From a virus (Duplodnaviria; Caudoviricetes), in the IMG/VR virus record IMGVR_UViG_3300044260_000018, positions 1-37,366 of that record: 37,366 nucleotides of DNA, one strand, 5' to 3'. The notes beneath the pieces were generated by a model, which was not told the DNA's origin, ran no database searches, and worked only from the letters and a program-made list of their open reading frames with translations. Positions 1-7,795 of the stretch are shown piece after piece (position 1 is the stretch's first letter; every line of letters begins with the position of its first letter). Made by a program: the position numbers and the translations under genes.

Positions 1-127
1 CCGGCGATCGGCGAGCTCGTGCGCGTCTGGTTCGTCGACGGAGTCGCATTCGTGATGGGTCCGGACTTCCCGAACCCGTCGCAGGGAACGGTCGTGTCGG
101 TCGCGTCGGGGCTCGTGACGCTCTCGA
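1..127 (+). repeat. 127-bp terminal overlap, left copy
   Basis: Identical to 37240-37366 and falls inside a gene; typical assembler circularity overlap. Confidence 0.97.
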
Positions 128-726
128 CGTCGCTCGGGCAGGTGGTCGCGCCTTACACCTCGACGCTGTCGCCGACGGCCGGTCAGGTGATGCAGATCGT
201 CTGGGGGAACGGGCCGTTTGCGATCGCGGTGCTGTCGACGTCGGTCGCGAGCGCGGCGGCGCCCACCGGATCCGGTGGCGGTGCCACGACGCATAACGAC
301 AAGTTCACGGCGCTCGGCTCGGGCTCGTATCAGTCGCGTTGGTGGACGCCGGAAGTGTACGACTCGCTCACCAACGAGGGGCTTTGGTTTTACGGGACGA
401 AGATCTCCGACACGTTGCCGTCGGGTGCCGTCATCAGCCGCGTGCAGCTCTACATCTCGCCGCTGCAGATTCAGGGCTCAGCGCCGATCTTTGGCCTGCA
501 CCCGTACCAGTCGCAGCCTGGCGGGGCGCCGGCCGCGGTCACCTCGCCGACGAGTAAGGCCATCTCCGGGGCCGGGTGGATCGACCTGCCTGTCGCGTTC
601 GGGAACTCGCTCAAGTCGGGCGGCGGCCAGTTCGGCATCGGCACCAACCACGGCGGATACAACATCTTCGCCAGCACGACGCAAGACGGCGACTCGGGCG
701 CCCTGCTCATCACCTCGGCCTACTGA
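1..726 (+). CDS. Minor tail protein, 3' part (starts at 37087 and reads across the junction; 292 aa total)
   Basis: Frame continues from GTG 37087; G/S/T-rich beta protein; last of the baseplate genes. Confidence 0.75.
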   Translation, partial: PAIGELVRVWFVDGVAFVMGPDFPNPSQGTVVSVASGLVTLSTSLGQVVAPYTSTLSPTAGQVMQIVWGNGPFAIAVLSTSVASAAAPTGSGGGATTHNDKFTALGSGSYQSRWWTPEVYDSLTNEGLWFYGTKISDTLPSGAVISRVQLYISPLQIQGSAPIFGLHPYQSQPGGAPAAVTSPTSKAISGAGWIDLPVAFGNSLKSGGGQFGIGTNHGGYNIFASTTQDGDSGALLITSAY

Positions 727-738
727 AAGCGAGCACTC

Positions 739-927
739 ATGATCAATCTCGGCGCCCAATTCGAGGCGGAACTCATCGCGCTCGCCGGCTTGAATCCGGA
801 CGTGATCGACCCCGGATCGACGCAGATCACGCTCGTGAATCCGTCCGGGCCGACCACCGTTCGGGCGACCATCGTCGCCACCGTCGACCACGACGCACTG
901 AACGCCCTCATAACTAAATACGTCTAG
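739..927 (+). CDS. Small hypothetical protein in the tail region
   Basis: 62-aa ORF filling the gap between tail genes. Confidence 0.65.
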   Translation: MINLGAQFEAELIALAGLNPDVIDPGSTQITLVNPSGPTTVRATIVATVDHDALNALITKYV

Positions 928-935
928 GAGACCTC

Positions 936-1565
936 TTGGCACACGACAGCCTCGGCGCACGACTCGCGCCTCAGTACGCCGGCACGGGAGCACCCTCGGA
1001 CGCCGCCGACCTTTCCGAAGTCGCCACCTACGCCGCCACCTACGGCAACTATGCGGCCGAGACGTCGACCGCTCGCGGCGCCCGCACCGGATCCTCGCTC
1101 TGGGCCGGTCTGATGGTCACGGAAACCGACACGAACCTGACCTGGCTCTACACCACCGGGTGGCAGCTGCTCGGGCACGGGTCGCTCTACTGGCGCGGAG
1201 ACTCCTACGTGACGCTCTCGAGCACGTTCGCGACCGCGTATACAGCGATCGCCGGCCTTTCGGTCGCCGCGACCACCATCGGCGGCCGCGTCAAGGTGCG
1301 GCTCGAGGGATCCCTCGTGAACGCGAACTCGGGTGCCGCCCGCACCGCGCAGCTCAAGCTGCTGTGCGACGGCACTCAGGTCGGCGACGTGTCGCCGGTT
1401 CAGAACGTGCCGTTCATCTCCGCGGTGTCGGCGCAGGGGTTCGTGCTGCCAGCCACCCACACGCCGGCCGCCGGCTCGCACACGTGGACCGTGCAGGGGC
1501 TCGCGTCGATCGCGGCCGCGGTGCAGATCGGCACCGCGTTCCTGTCCGTCGAAGAGTTCCTCTGA
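936..1565 (+). CDS. Minor tail/tail fibre protein
   Basis: AGGAG RBS; GLMVTETDTNLTWLYTTGW fibre-like motif followed by a beta-sandwich C-terminus. Confidence 0.7.
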   Translation: MAHDSLGARLAPQYAGTGAPSDAADLSEVATYAATYGNYAAETSTARGARTGSSLWAGLMVTETDTNLTWLYTTGWQLLGHGSLYWRGDSYVTLSSTFATAYTAIAGLSVAATTIGGRVKVRLEGSLVNANSGAARTAQLKLLCDGTQVGDVSPVQNVPFISAVSAQGFVLPATHTPAAGSHTWTVQGLASIAAAVQIGTAFLSVEEFL

Positions 1566-1584
1566 TCCCCGTTAGGACGCCGCA

Positions 1585-2574
1585 ATGAGTGCCGTAGACA
1601 TCTCCAAATACCAGGGCGTCATCAGCGTCGCCGTCTTCCAATCGTGGAAGGCGGCCGGCGTCGATCGAGTCATCATCAAGCTCGGCGGCGGCGACGCCGG
1701 CCGGTACGAGGACTCCCTTACTGAGCAGAATCACGCGAACGCGCACGCGGCCGGCCTCATCACCGAGGGGTATTGGTTCAACGGGACCACCGACCCCGCC
1801 GGCGACGCAGTCTTCGCCGCGGCAATCGCCCGACGGCTCGGCGATGCCCGCATCTGGTGGGACGTCGAGAACGAGGGCGCGATGCCGCACTGGACGCCCG
1901 CGCAGCTGAACACGGCCGCTCGCGCGTCGGGGCTGCCCGGCGGCGCGTACATGTCGTCGTCGGTCACGTTCGCGCAGGACTGGTCGCCGTGCACGTGGCT
2001 GCCGCTGTGGGTCGCGAACTACGACGCCTCATCGGTCCCCGCGGTCGGCCACTGGCCGGCGACGAGCGTCGTGATGTGGCAGCACACCTCGAAGGGACAC
2101 CTGCCGGGTTACGGCGGGTATCTCGACCTCGACACCGAATACGCCGCATCCGCCGGCGGCACCGCAACCCCGATCCCCCAGGAGGACATCTTGCAGCTCA
2201 ACGCGATTCGCAACTACGAAGGCTCGATCGGCATCGTCGACGACGCCGGCCTGCTCCACCCGATCAGCGACATCAACCTGTGGGATTCGTACCTCCGCCT
2301 CGGCATCGTCAAGGAGCAGACCCCCGGCGTGTTCTGGCTGCAGCAGGGCGATGGCACCGTGTGGAACGCGCTCGCGTCGCACACCGTCACTGTCGCAGCG
2401 CAACGCGCCGCCGTCGACCCCGCGACGATCGCGGCCTCGCTCGCTCCGCTGCTCGTCGGCCCGCTGCTCGACGCGCTCAAGGCGTCGGGCGTCGAACTGA
2501 CGCCGGCCGTGATCGAAGCGGCCGCGGCGCAGGCGATCGCGCACCTCGTCCTCGTCCCCGCCCCGGCAGCGTGA
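1585..2574 (+). CDS. Endolysin, GH25 muramidase with C-terminal domain
   Basis: DISKYQG N-terminus, WWDVE catalytic DxE, LWVANY, MWQHTS and LDLD motifs. Confidence 0.88.
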   Translation: MSAVDISKYQGVISVAVFQSWKAAGVDRVIIKLGGGDAGRYEDSLTEQNHANAHAAGLITEGYWFNGTTDPAGDAVFAAAIARRLGDARIWWDVENEGAMPHWTPAQLNTAARASGLPGGAYMSSSVTFAQDWSPCTWLPLWVANYDASSVPAVGHWPATSVVMWQHTSKGHLPGYGGYLDLDTEYAASAGGTATPIPQEDILQLNAIRNYEGSIGIVDDAGLLHPISDINLWDSYLRLGIVKEQTPGVFWLQQGDGTVWNALASHTVTVAAQRAAVDPATIAASLAPLLVGPLLDALKASGVELTPAVIEAAAAQAIAHLVLVPAPAA

Positions 2575-2972
2575 CCCGCGGCAAGCGCCGCACGGTCGAC
2601 CTGCTCGGCCGTGTAGGCGCGGTCATCGCCCGCGTCGCCTACGGGGCCGGCGCGGTTCTCGCGTCGAAGTGGGCAATCGTCGCGTTCGCGATCATCTCCC
2701 TGACGGCGCTCCCGCAAGCCGCGGGCGCGCTCGTCACCCAGGGGAACATCGCGCCGCTCTCCGCATGGCTGTCGAACAACTTCATTCAGCTCGTCGCCCT
2801 CGCGATCCTCGCGTTCATCGCCGATCAGCAGGGGCGCGCCGCTGAGCAGCGCTCGCAGGATATGCACGACAAGATCGATGCGCTGTTCGCGAGGGCCGAG
2901 CGTCGCGACGCGAAGCACGCGGCCGCGCTAGAGGCGCTACACGCGAAGCTCGACAGGGCGGGGGACGCCTGA
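2571..2972 (+). CDS. Membrane protein (DUF1003-like, holin/antiholin candidate)
   Basis: GTGA overlap with the lysin stop; two hydrophobic helices, FIQLVAL motif, coiled-coil tail. Confidence 0.65.
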   Translation: MTRGKRRTVDLLGRVGAVIARVAYGAGAVLASKWAIVAFAIISLTALPQAAGALVTQGNIAPLSAWLSNNFIQLVALAILAFIADQQGRAAEQRSQDMHDKIDALFARAERRDAKHAAALEALHAKLDRAGDA

Positions 2973-3445
2973 TGCTCGGATGGCTCGAAGTCGTATTCAA
3001 GGGGCAGCCGTGGCTTACCCCGCTGCTGTGGGTTGTCGGCGGCGTGCTGCTCGTCGTCGGGCTCATCACCGCCTGTTGGAAGAGCCTGCGCGCTCTCGTC
3101 GACGCGTGGCCGACGATCAAGCTATTCGTTCAGACGGTCGCGTCGATCCAAGGGCTGCCCGAGTTCATGGAACGCACCAAGGCCGACCTCGAGGCGATGA
3201 AGCACCAAATCGAGAACGACCACAAGTCGAACATGCGCGACGACATCACCGACGCGCAGAAGACGGCGAAGCGCGTCGAGCGCGGCGTGCGCGGCCTGCA
3301 CACGAAGTTCGCCGCCATGCAGAAGGACATCGCGAGCCTTCGGGCGAACGATGCCGCCGCCGAGCTGCGGATCGACGACATCGAGAAACAACTCCCGCCG
3401 CGCGATCCCCGCGGGCGATTCACCACCACCACGAAGGAGAGCTAG
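2972..3445 (+). CDS. Single-TM coiled-coil membrane protein of the lysis cassette
   Basis: TGATG coupling; N-terminal TM helix; NDHKSNMRDDI motif common in actinophage lysis genes. Confidence 0.7.
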   Translation: MLGWLEVVFKGQPWLTPLLWVVGGVLLVVGLITACWKSLRALVDAWPTIKLFVQTVASIQGLPEFMERTKADLEAMKHQIENDHKSNMRDDITDAQKTAKRVERGVRGLHTKFAAMQKDIASLRANDAAAELRIDDIEKQLPPRDPRGRFTTTTKES

Positions 3446-3448
3446 TCA

Positions 3449-3916
3449 ATGATCAACTACCTGTTTCCCCCGGCCAACCGGGAAGCGGCCGCGGTCGCGT
3501 TCATCCGCACGTTCTGGCAGACCGTCCGAGGCACCGGTGCGCTCGGCACCGGCGGCGCCCTCGTCGTCAGCGCGACGAAGCTCGCCCATGTCGACCTGAC
3601 CGCGCTCGGCCTCACCGCGGCCGCAGTCATCATCACCGGCCTGCTCATCGCATCGATCGCAGCCGGCGACATCCTCGCCCACGGCCTGCCCGACGCCTAC
3701 ACCCGCAGCGGATCCACGCCCCCCGCCGCGACCCCGGCCCCGTCCGCGCCGCTGGCGGTCACTGTGAGCGTTCCCGACAGCCCGGCGCCCGTGATTGCGC
3801 CCGCACCGATTACGCCGCCCGTTGCCCCCGTGGCGGCCGCGCCCGTGCCCGTTCCGACCGACGCCGCAGCCGCGCCGACCGACGCCGCCCTCGCGATCGC
3901 GAGCGCATCGGTTTGA
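3449..3916 (+). CDS. Putative holin with Pro/Ala-rich tail
   Basis: AAGGAG RBS; AFIRTFWQT motif resembles r1t-type holins; two TM segments. Confidence 0.7.
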   Translation: MINYLFPPANREAAAVAFIRTFWQTVRGTGALGTGGALVVSATKLAHVDLTALGLTAAAVIITGLLIASIAAGDILAHGLPDAYTRSGSTPPAATPAPSAPLAVTVSVPDSPAPVIAPAPITPPVAPVAAAPVPVPTDAAAAPTDAALAIASASV

Positions 3917-3984
3917 GCGGCGGCATCGAATATGAGGTCCCGGTTGATCCGATGGATGAGCTGCAGTGCGAGAGCTGCCAATAG
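3913..3984 (+). CDS. 23-aa acidic peptide ending in CxxC (MSGGIEYEVPVDPMDELQCESCQ)
   Basis: TTG start overlaps the holin TGA (TTGA); stop TAG at 3982-3984. Confidence 0.55.
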   Translation: MSGGIEYEVPVDPMDELQCESCQ

Positions 3985-4074
3985 GCAGTGCCTCTGCCGG
4001 CATCCGTGCAGCGACCCGCGATGTTTCCACCGCTCCACCTGTGACAGTTGCAACCACTCCGAGGGGACCGAGCT

Positions 4075-4659
4075 ATGACGACAGCAGTGACCATCGCGGC
4101 CGACGACTGGGGGACCGCCGGCGCGCTACCGGCATCCGAAGTCACGTTCAGTTTCCAGCTCATCACGCCGACGATCGACGGGACCACTGACCGGGTAACG
4201 GCGGCCACACTGTGGATCGTCAGGCTCGACGGCACCGGATCCGGCGCGACCGAACTACCGGCCGCGCCGCCCGGGTCGGGCATCAAGATCCGCTCCACCC
4301 TCGAGGGATGGCGAAGCGTCGTCGTCGCCAGCTACCCCGCCGGGGCGATCACCCTGACCGACCTCATCAACGGTTACGCCGTCGACCCGGAAACCCTCGC
4401 GCCGGCCGACGCACCGCAAGCCTGGTGGACCGCGCTCGCCGCGTTCCAGGGGCCGGCGGGCGACAAGGGCCCGACCGGCGACAAGGGGCCAGCCGGCGAC
4501 AAGGGCCCGACGGGCGACAAGGGCGCGACCGGTGACGCGGGCACGCCCGGCGTGAGCTTCACGACGACCGGTCTGACCGGGATCGTCGTGCTTTCCGAAG
4601 CGGCGTACGCGGCGCTCAGCACGAAGAGTCCTACGACGCTCTACGTGACGACGCCGTGA
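4075..4659 (+). CDS. Collagen-repeat fibre protein
   Basis: GAGGGG RBS; (G-X-Y)n stretch; C-terminal AAYAALSTKSPTTLYV fibre-joining motif. Confidence 0.8.
   Translation: MTTAVTIAADDWGTAGALPASEVTFSFQLITPTIDGTTDRVTAATLWIVRLDGTGSGATELPAAPPGSGIKIRSTLEGWRSVVVASYPAGAITLTDLINGYAVDPETLAPADAPQAWWTALAAFQGPAGDKGPTGDKGPAGDKGPTGDKGATGDAGTPGVSFTTTGLTGIVVLSEAAYAALSTKSPTTLYVTTP
4450..4551 (+). repeat. 18-bp tandem repeat encoding GP(A/T)GDK collagen units
   Basis: GGCGACAAGGG at 4459, 4477, 4495 and 4513. Confidence 0.9.
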
Positions 4660-5339
4660 TCCGGCTCGGCGCGACCACCATCTCGTCGCTGCGGCTCGGC
4701 GCGACGCAGGCGAGCGCGGCATACGTTGGCGCGGTGCAGGTGTGGGGTGCGAGCGGCGCGCCGTCACCTCGTCACACCGTGTTCGGTGGCACCCGACCGA
4801 GTGCAACCCTCGACCGTCAAAACGACAGTCACGGTTGGATCCGCATCGTTACGCTGTTCCGCCGCCGGCCGACGGGCGACCCGAGCATCTGGCGAATCCT
4901 CGGCGGTCGGGTCTACGTGAACACCGACGTGTCGGGGTGGACCGGGTCAGGCTGGCAGCTCGAGCTATGGCCGGCGGGAACCATCTCGCCCGACCTCAAG
5001 GCCGGCAGTGGCAAGTCGCCGCTCGCCGCGAAGGCGCTGCCGGCAACGATCGACAACACGGTCGGTTACTACGACGTCGTGTTCGATGCTCCGGTGCCGA
5101 TGCCAGAAAACACCGTCTTTTGGCTCGGCTACAGCAACCCCGCCGGCGAGTACGTGGCGCCGCATCCGGGCGACGGGCTCGCCCTGACGGAGATTCAAGC
5201 GACCGACGGAAGCGACCTCTGGATCGGTGGAGTCGATAGTCCAGCATCTGGCCGCGGCCAGTTTGCCTACGGCGATGGTTCATCCGACGGCACGACCTCG
5301 TTCTGGTCGGGTGTCGACATCCTCGTCGACGAAGGCTGA
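4656..5339 (+). CDS. Distal fibre/receptor-binding protein with DUF4082-like beta-sandwich
   Basis: N-terminal IRLGATTISSLRLG..AYVGAVQVW joining motif; GYYDVVFDAPV..FWLGY..GEY..GVDILV pattern. Confidence 0.65.
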   Translation: MIRLGATTISSLRLGATQASAAYVGAVQVWGASGAPSPRHTVFGGTRPSATLDRQNDSHGWIRIVTLFRRRPTGDPSIWRILGGRVYVNTDVSGWTGSGWQLELWPAGTISPDLKAGSGKSPLAAKALPATIDNTVGYYDVVFDAPVPMPENTVFWLGYSNPAGEYVAPHPGDGLALTEIQATDGSDLWIGGVDSPASGRGQFAYGDGSSDGTTSFWSGVDILVDEG

Positions 5340-5342
5340 ACG

Positions 5343-5397
5343 AAGAGACGCCCCGCAGCACACCTCATTGGTGGCTGCGGGGCGTCTTTCGTCGTTT
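5343..5397. terminator. Bidirectional intrinsic terminator between convergent genes
   Basis: 14-bp stem AGACGCCCCGCAGC (5346-5359) / GCTGCGGGGCGTCT (5374-5387), followed by TTCGTCGTTT. Confidence 0.85.
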
Positions 5398-5404
5398 CCG
5401 GGTG

Positions 5405-5698
5405 CTACCGCTTTGCCGCGGTGTTGACGAGCGCGGCGAACTTGCGCGCCTCGGACTCTTTCTTCGCGGGCACCTCGACGGCGACCTCGTAGTCGGGATG
5501 CTCGATCGTCAGGTAGATGTGACCGGTCAGCTTTTTCTTGGCGAAGATGCCGCGTGTGAGCACTCGGCCGAGCGTCCGACGCATCTCGACGTCGGCGCCA
5601 TTCTCGACGCGTGCCTGCGCGCCGGCGACGGGCCCGCGCGTCTTCTCGTAGCGGAGTTCGCTCCCTTTGAGAGTGACCCCGGCGAAGCTGTCGGCCAT
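5405..5698 (-). CDS. 97-aa hypothetical protein (PH-like fold candidate; lysogen-expressed)
   Basis: TAATG coupling to the DUF4236-like gene; pattern typical of ORFs next to actinophage integrases. Confidence 0.7.
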   Translation of the reverse strand: MADSFAGVTLKGSELRYEKTRGPVAGAQARVENGADVEMRRTLGRVLTRGIFAKKKLTGHIYLTIEHPDYEVAVEVPAKKESEARKFAALVNTAAKR

Positions 5699-5871
5699 TA
5701 GCGGCGCCCCCCGATCCGGTAGGAGAGTCCAGGCAGCAGGCGCGCGCTGACGCGGCCGCGCGAGTTCAGGCTGACCCCGCCGGCTCGAGCTGTGACGGAT
5801 ACGCCCGACTTGGAGAGGTTCAAATGCGCGCCGCGGCCGAGGCTCACGCGCTTGCGATAGATGAGGCTCAT
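5698..5871 (-). CDS. DUF4236-like small basic protein
   Basis: YRKRVSLG..HLNLSKSGVSV..G..PGLSYR signature. Confidence 0.8.
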   Translation of the reverse strand: MSLIYRKRVSLGRGAHLNLSKSGVSVTARAGGVSLNSRGRVSARLLPGLSYRIGGRR

Positions 5872-5907
5872 AGGTGTGAGTATGCCGAGCCGGCTTAAGG
5901 CAGTCAA
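5872..5907 (-). promoter_or_regulatory. SigA-type promoter giving a leaderless mRNA
   Basis: TTGACT-17 bp-CATACT-7 bp-ATG (5871). Confidence 0.8.
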
Positions 5908-5929
5908 TCCCCGCACTCGCGGGTCGTGA

Positions 5930-5967
5930 GGCTCTGACTACAGTCAGGCTAAAGTTTAGGCTACAGC
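5930..5967 (+). repeat. Integrase arm-type sites, left arm of attP
   Basis: GACTACAGT (5936), GGCTAAAGT (5947) and GGCTACAGC (5959) match the right-arm GGCTACAGT. Confidence 0.75.
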
Positions 5968-5984
5968 GAGCGCGTCGAGAGCTT

Positions 5985-6024
5985 AAACGAAACTCCCCTA
6001 CTTTCCTTGCGGGAGTAGGGGAGT
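5985..6024 (-). terminator. Terminator downstream of the tRNA fragment
   Basis: 11-bp stem ACTCCCCTACT/AGTAGGGGAGT followed by TTCGTTT on the minus strand. Confidence 0.8.
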
Positions 6025-6029
6025 GAGGC

Positions 6030-6076
6030 GGTGGCTCCGACCGGCATCGATCCGGTGACCTTTCGATTTTCAGTCG
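6030..6076 (-). other. attP core: 3' half of tRNA-Phe(GAA)
   Basis: Minus strand CGACTGAAAATCGAAAGGTCACCGGATCGATGCCGGTCGGAGCCACC contains the anticodon loop, T-arm and acceptor 3' strand; no 5' half; lies next to the integrase. Confidence 0.88.
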
Positions 6077-6107
6077 CAAGGTGATAGACTCGGCGAGCGC
6101 GTGAATA

Positions 6108-6204
6108 CGCGGAAAACCCGCGGAATTCCGCGGATTTCCGCGAATGTTCGAGTGCTGGGGATTGCTGGGAAATGCTGGCTCTGGCTACAGTGTTGGCTAC
6201 AGTG
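6108..6204 (+). repeat. Right arm of attP: accessory-factor and arm-type repeats
   Basis: CGCGGA x3 at 10-11-bp spacing around palindrome CCGCGGAATTCCGCGG; TGCTGG x3 at 10-bp period; TGGCTACAGTG at 6182 and 6194. Confidence 0.75.
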
Positions 6205-6227
6205 GCTGACGGATGAAAGGTGAGGCG

Positions 6228-7538
6228 ATGGCCGGCACGAAGAAGAAGCGGCGAAGCGCGGGGGATGCCCGCCCATACCAGCGAGAGAGCGACGGGATGT
6301 GGTGCGTCTCGATCGAGATGCCGCCCATCGCAGGCAAGCGCCAACGCAAAGTGATCGCTCGGAAGGACAAGGCCGACGTCATCGAAGCGCGCGCCGAGTT
6401 CCTCGTGCGGCTCTCCGAGAACGGCGGCAGCCTTCCGACCCGCGAAGTCACTGTGCGCGAATGGTTCCCCTACTGGCTCGAGCACAACGACGTGCGCCCG
6501 AACACGCTCAGCGGGTACCGGTCCCTCGTCGTCAATCACATCATTCCGACGCTCGGCCCTCGAAAGCTGAACGACCTCACCGTCGATGACCTGCGCCAGC
6601 TCACACGCGACATGCGAGCCAAAGACAAGCGGCCCGGGCGACCCGAGAAGGGCAAGCTCTCCGCGACCTATGCCAACGAAGCGCACCGCGTGATGTCGAT
6701 CGCGCTCAAGGCCGCGCAGGCCGAGCGGAAACTGCAGGGCACGAACATCGCCGCCGTCATGAAGGCCCCGAAGAAGTCGAAGCCACATATCGAAGTGCTC
6801 ACCCTCGAACAATCGATCAAGGTGCTCGAATCTGTCTCCGTCAACCGGGATCCGCTCGCATCGCTCTGGTGGACATACTTCCTCACCGGCGCTCGCCGCG
6901 GTGAGGTCATCGGCCTCGAGCGCGACCGCGTCACCGACGTGATCGATCTGTCGTGGCAGATGCAGCGGCTCATCTGGCGCCACGGATGCAGCGACCCTGC
7001 CGGCATGGATGACAACGACAAGCCAATCTATCGCTGCGGTCGGAAGCGCGGCACGGATTGCCCTGACCGCAGACTGAAGGTGCCCGACGACTACGAGTAT
7101 CGGAACATCGACGGCGGCCTCTACTGGACGCGCCCGAAGTCGTCCAAGGGGTGGCGCATCATCCCCCTCGTCGACCCCCTACGAAGCATCCTCGAGACGC
7201 ACCTCGCGACGACACCACCGAACCCCTACGGGCTCGTGTGGACACAGCAGTCGGGCTGGCCTCTCGACCCCGATCAGACGACGCGCGACTGGGCGGGAGT
7301 GCTGCCCCAGGTGGGCATCCGGAAGGCCGTCACGATCCACGAGATTCGACACTCGACGATCGACCTGCTCTACGACCTCGGCATCGACGAAGAGGTCATC
7401 ATGGACATCGTCGGCCACTCCGTACGATCGGTCACCCGCGGCTACAGGACGCGTAAGAACCTTGGACGAGTGAACGACGCTATGACGCAGTTCTCCGCGC
7501 TGTTCCCGTCCGCGAAAGCCGAACTCACCGCCGACTAG
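6228..7538 (+). CDS. int: Tyrosine integrase
   Basis: TGARRGE (R), PKS (K), HEIRH, GHS and RGY catalytic motifs; N-terminal arm-binding region; alternative start at 6213. Confidence 0.95.
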   Translation: MAGTKKKRRSAGDARPYQRESDGMWCVSIEMPPIAGKRQRKVIARKDKADVIEARAEFLVRLSENGGSLPTREVTVREWFPYWLEHNDVRPNTLSGYRSLVVNHIIPTLGPRKLNDLTVDDLRQLTRDMRAKDKRPGRPEKGKLSATYANEAHRVMSIALKAAQAERKLQGTNIAAVMKAPKKSKPHIEVLTLEQSIKVLESVSVNRDPLASLWWTYFLTGARRGEVIGLERDRVTDVIDLSWQMQRLIWRHGCSDPAGMDDNDKPIYRCGRKRGTDCPDRRLKVPDDYEYRNIDGGLYWTRPKSSKGWRIIPLVDPLRSILETHLATTPPNPYGLVWTQQSGWPLDPDQTTRDWAGVLPQVGIRKAVTIHEIRHSTIDLLYDLGIDEEVIMDIVGHSVRSVTRGYRTRKNLGRVNDAMTQFSALFPSAKAELTAD

Positions 7539-7795
7539 CTGAATCGCCCGCCGGCGGCGTAGTCGGCCGCGTCGATAACCTCCGCGATGCTGATGCCCAG
7601 CTCGTGACAGATGAGGTCGAGCTGCTCGAGTTTCCACGTGGCCTCGCCTCGGAGCAGCTTCGAGAGCTGCGACTGCGAGATGCGCACGATCGGCGCGAAC
7701 GCGCGTTGGCTGAGCCCCGACTTGGTGAGGGCGGCGACGATGGCCGACACTGCGTGGGTGAGTTCGGCCGGCTCGGGGTCAGCTGCGCCTGGCAC
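7535..7795 (-). CDS. XRE-family HTH regulator (second repressor-like gene)
   Basis: SGLSQRAFAPIVRISQSQLSKLLRGE HTH; possible leaderless start (TAGCGT-7 bp-GTG); start uncertain (7795/7813/7864). Confidence 0.8.
   Translation of the reverse strand: MPGAADPEPAELTHAVSAIVAALTKSGLSQRAFAPIVRISQSQLSKLLRGEATWKLEQLDLICHELGISIAEVIDAADYAAGGRFS

Noticed and set aside
4450-4551. Short tandem repeats as a CRISPR or other array
   Set aside because: In-frame collagen codons with no unique spacers; no cas genes
1-5339. Diversity-generating retroelement or invertible tail-fibre cassette
   Set aside because: No reverse transcriptase, no invertase, and no template/variable repeat pair seen
6030-6076. Functional phage tRNA-Phe gene
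   Set aside because: Only the 3' half is present; there is no D-arm or 5' acceptor strand, so it is the att core
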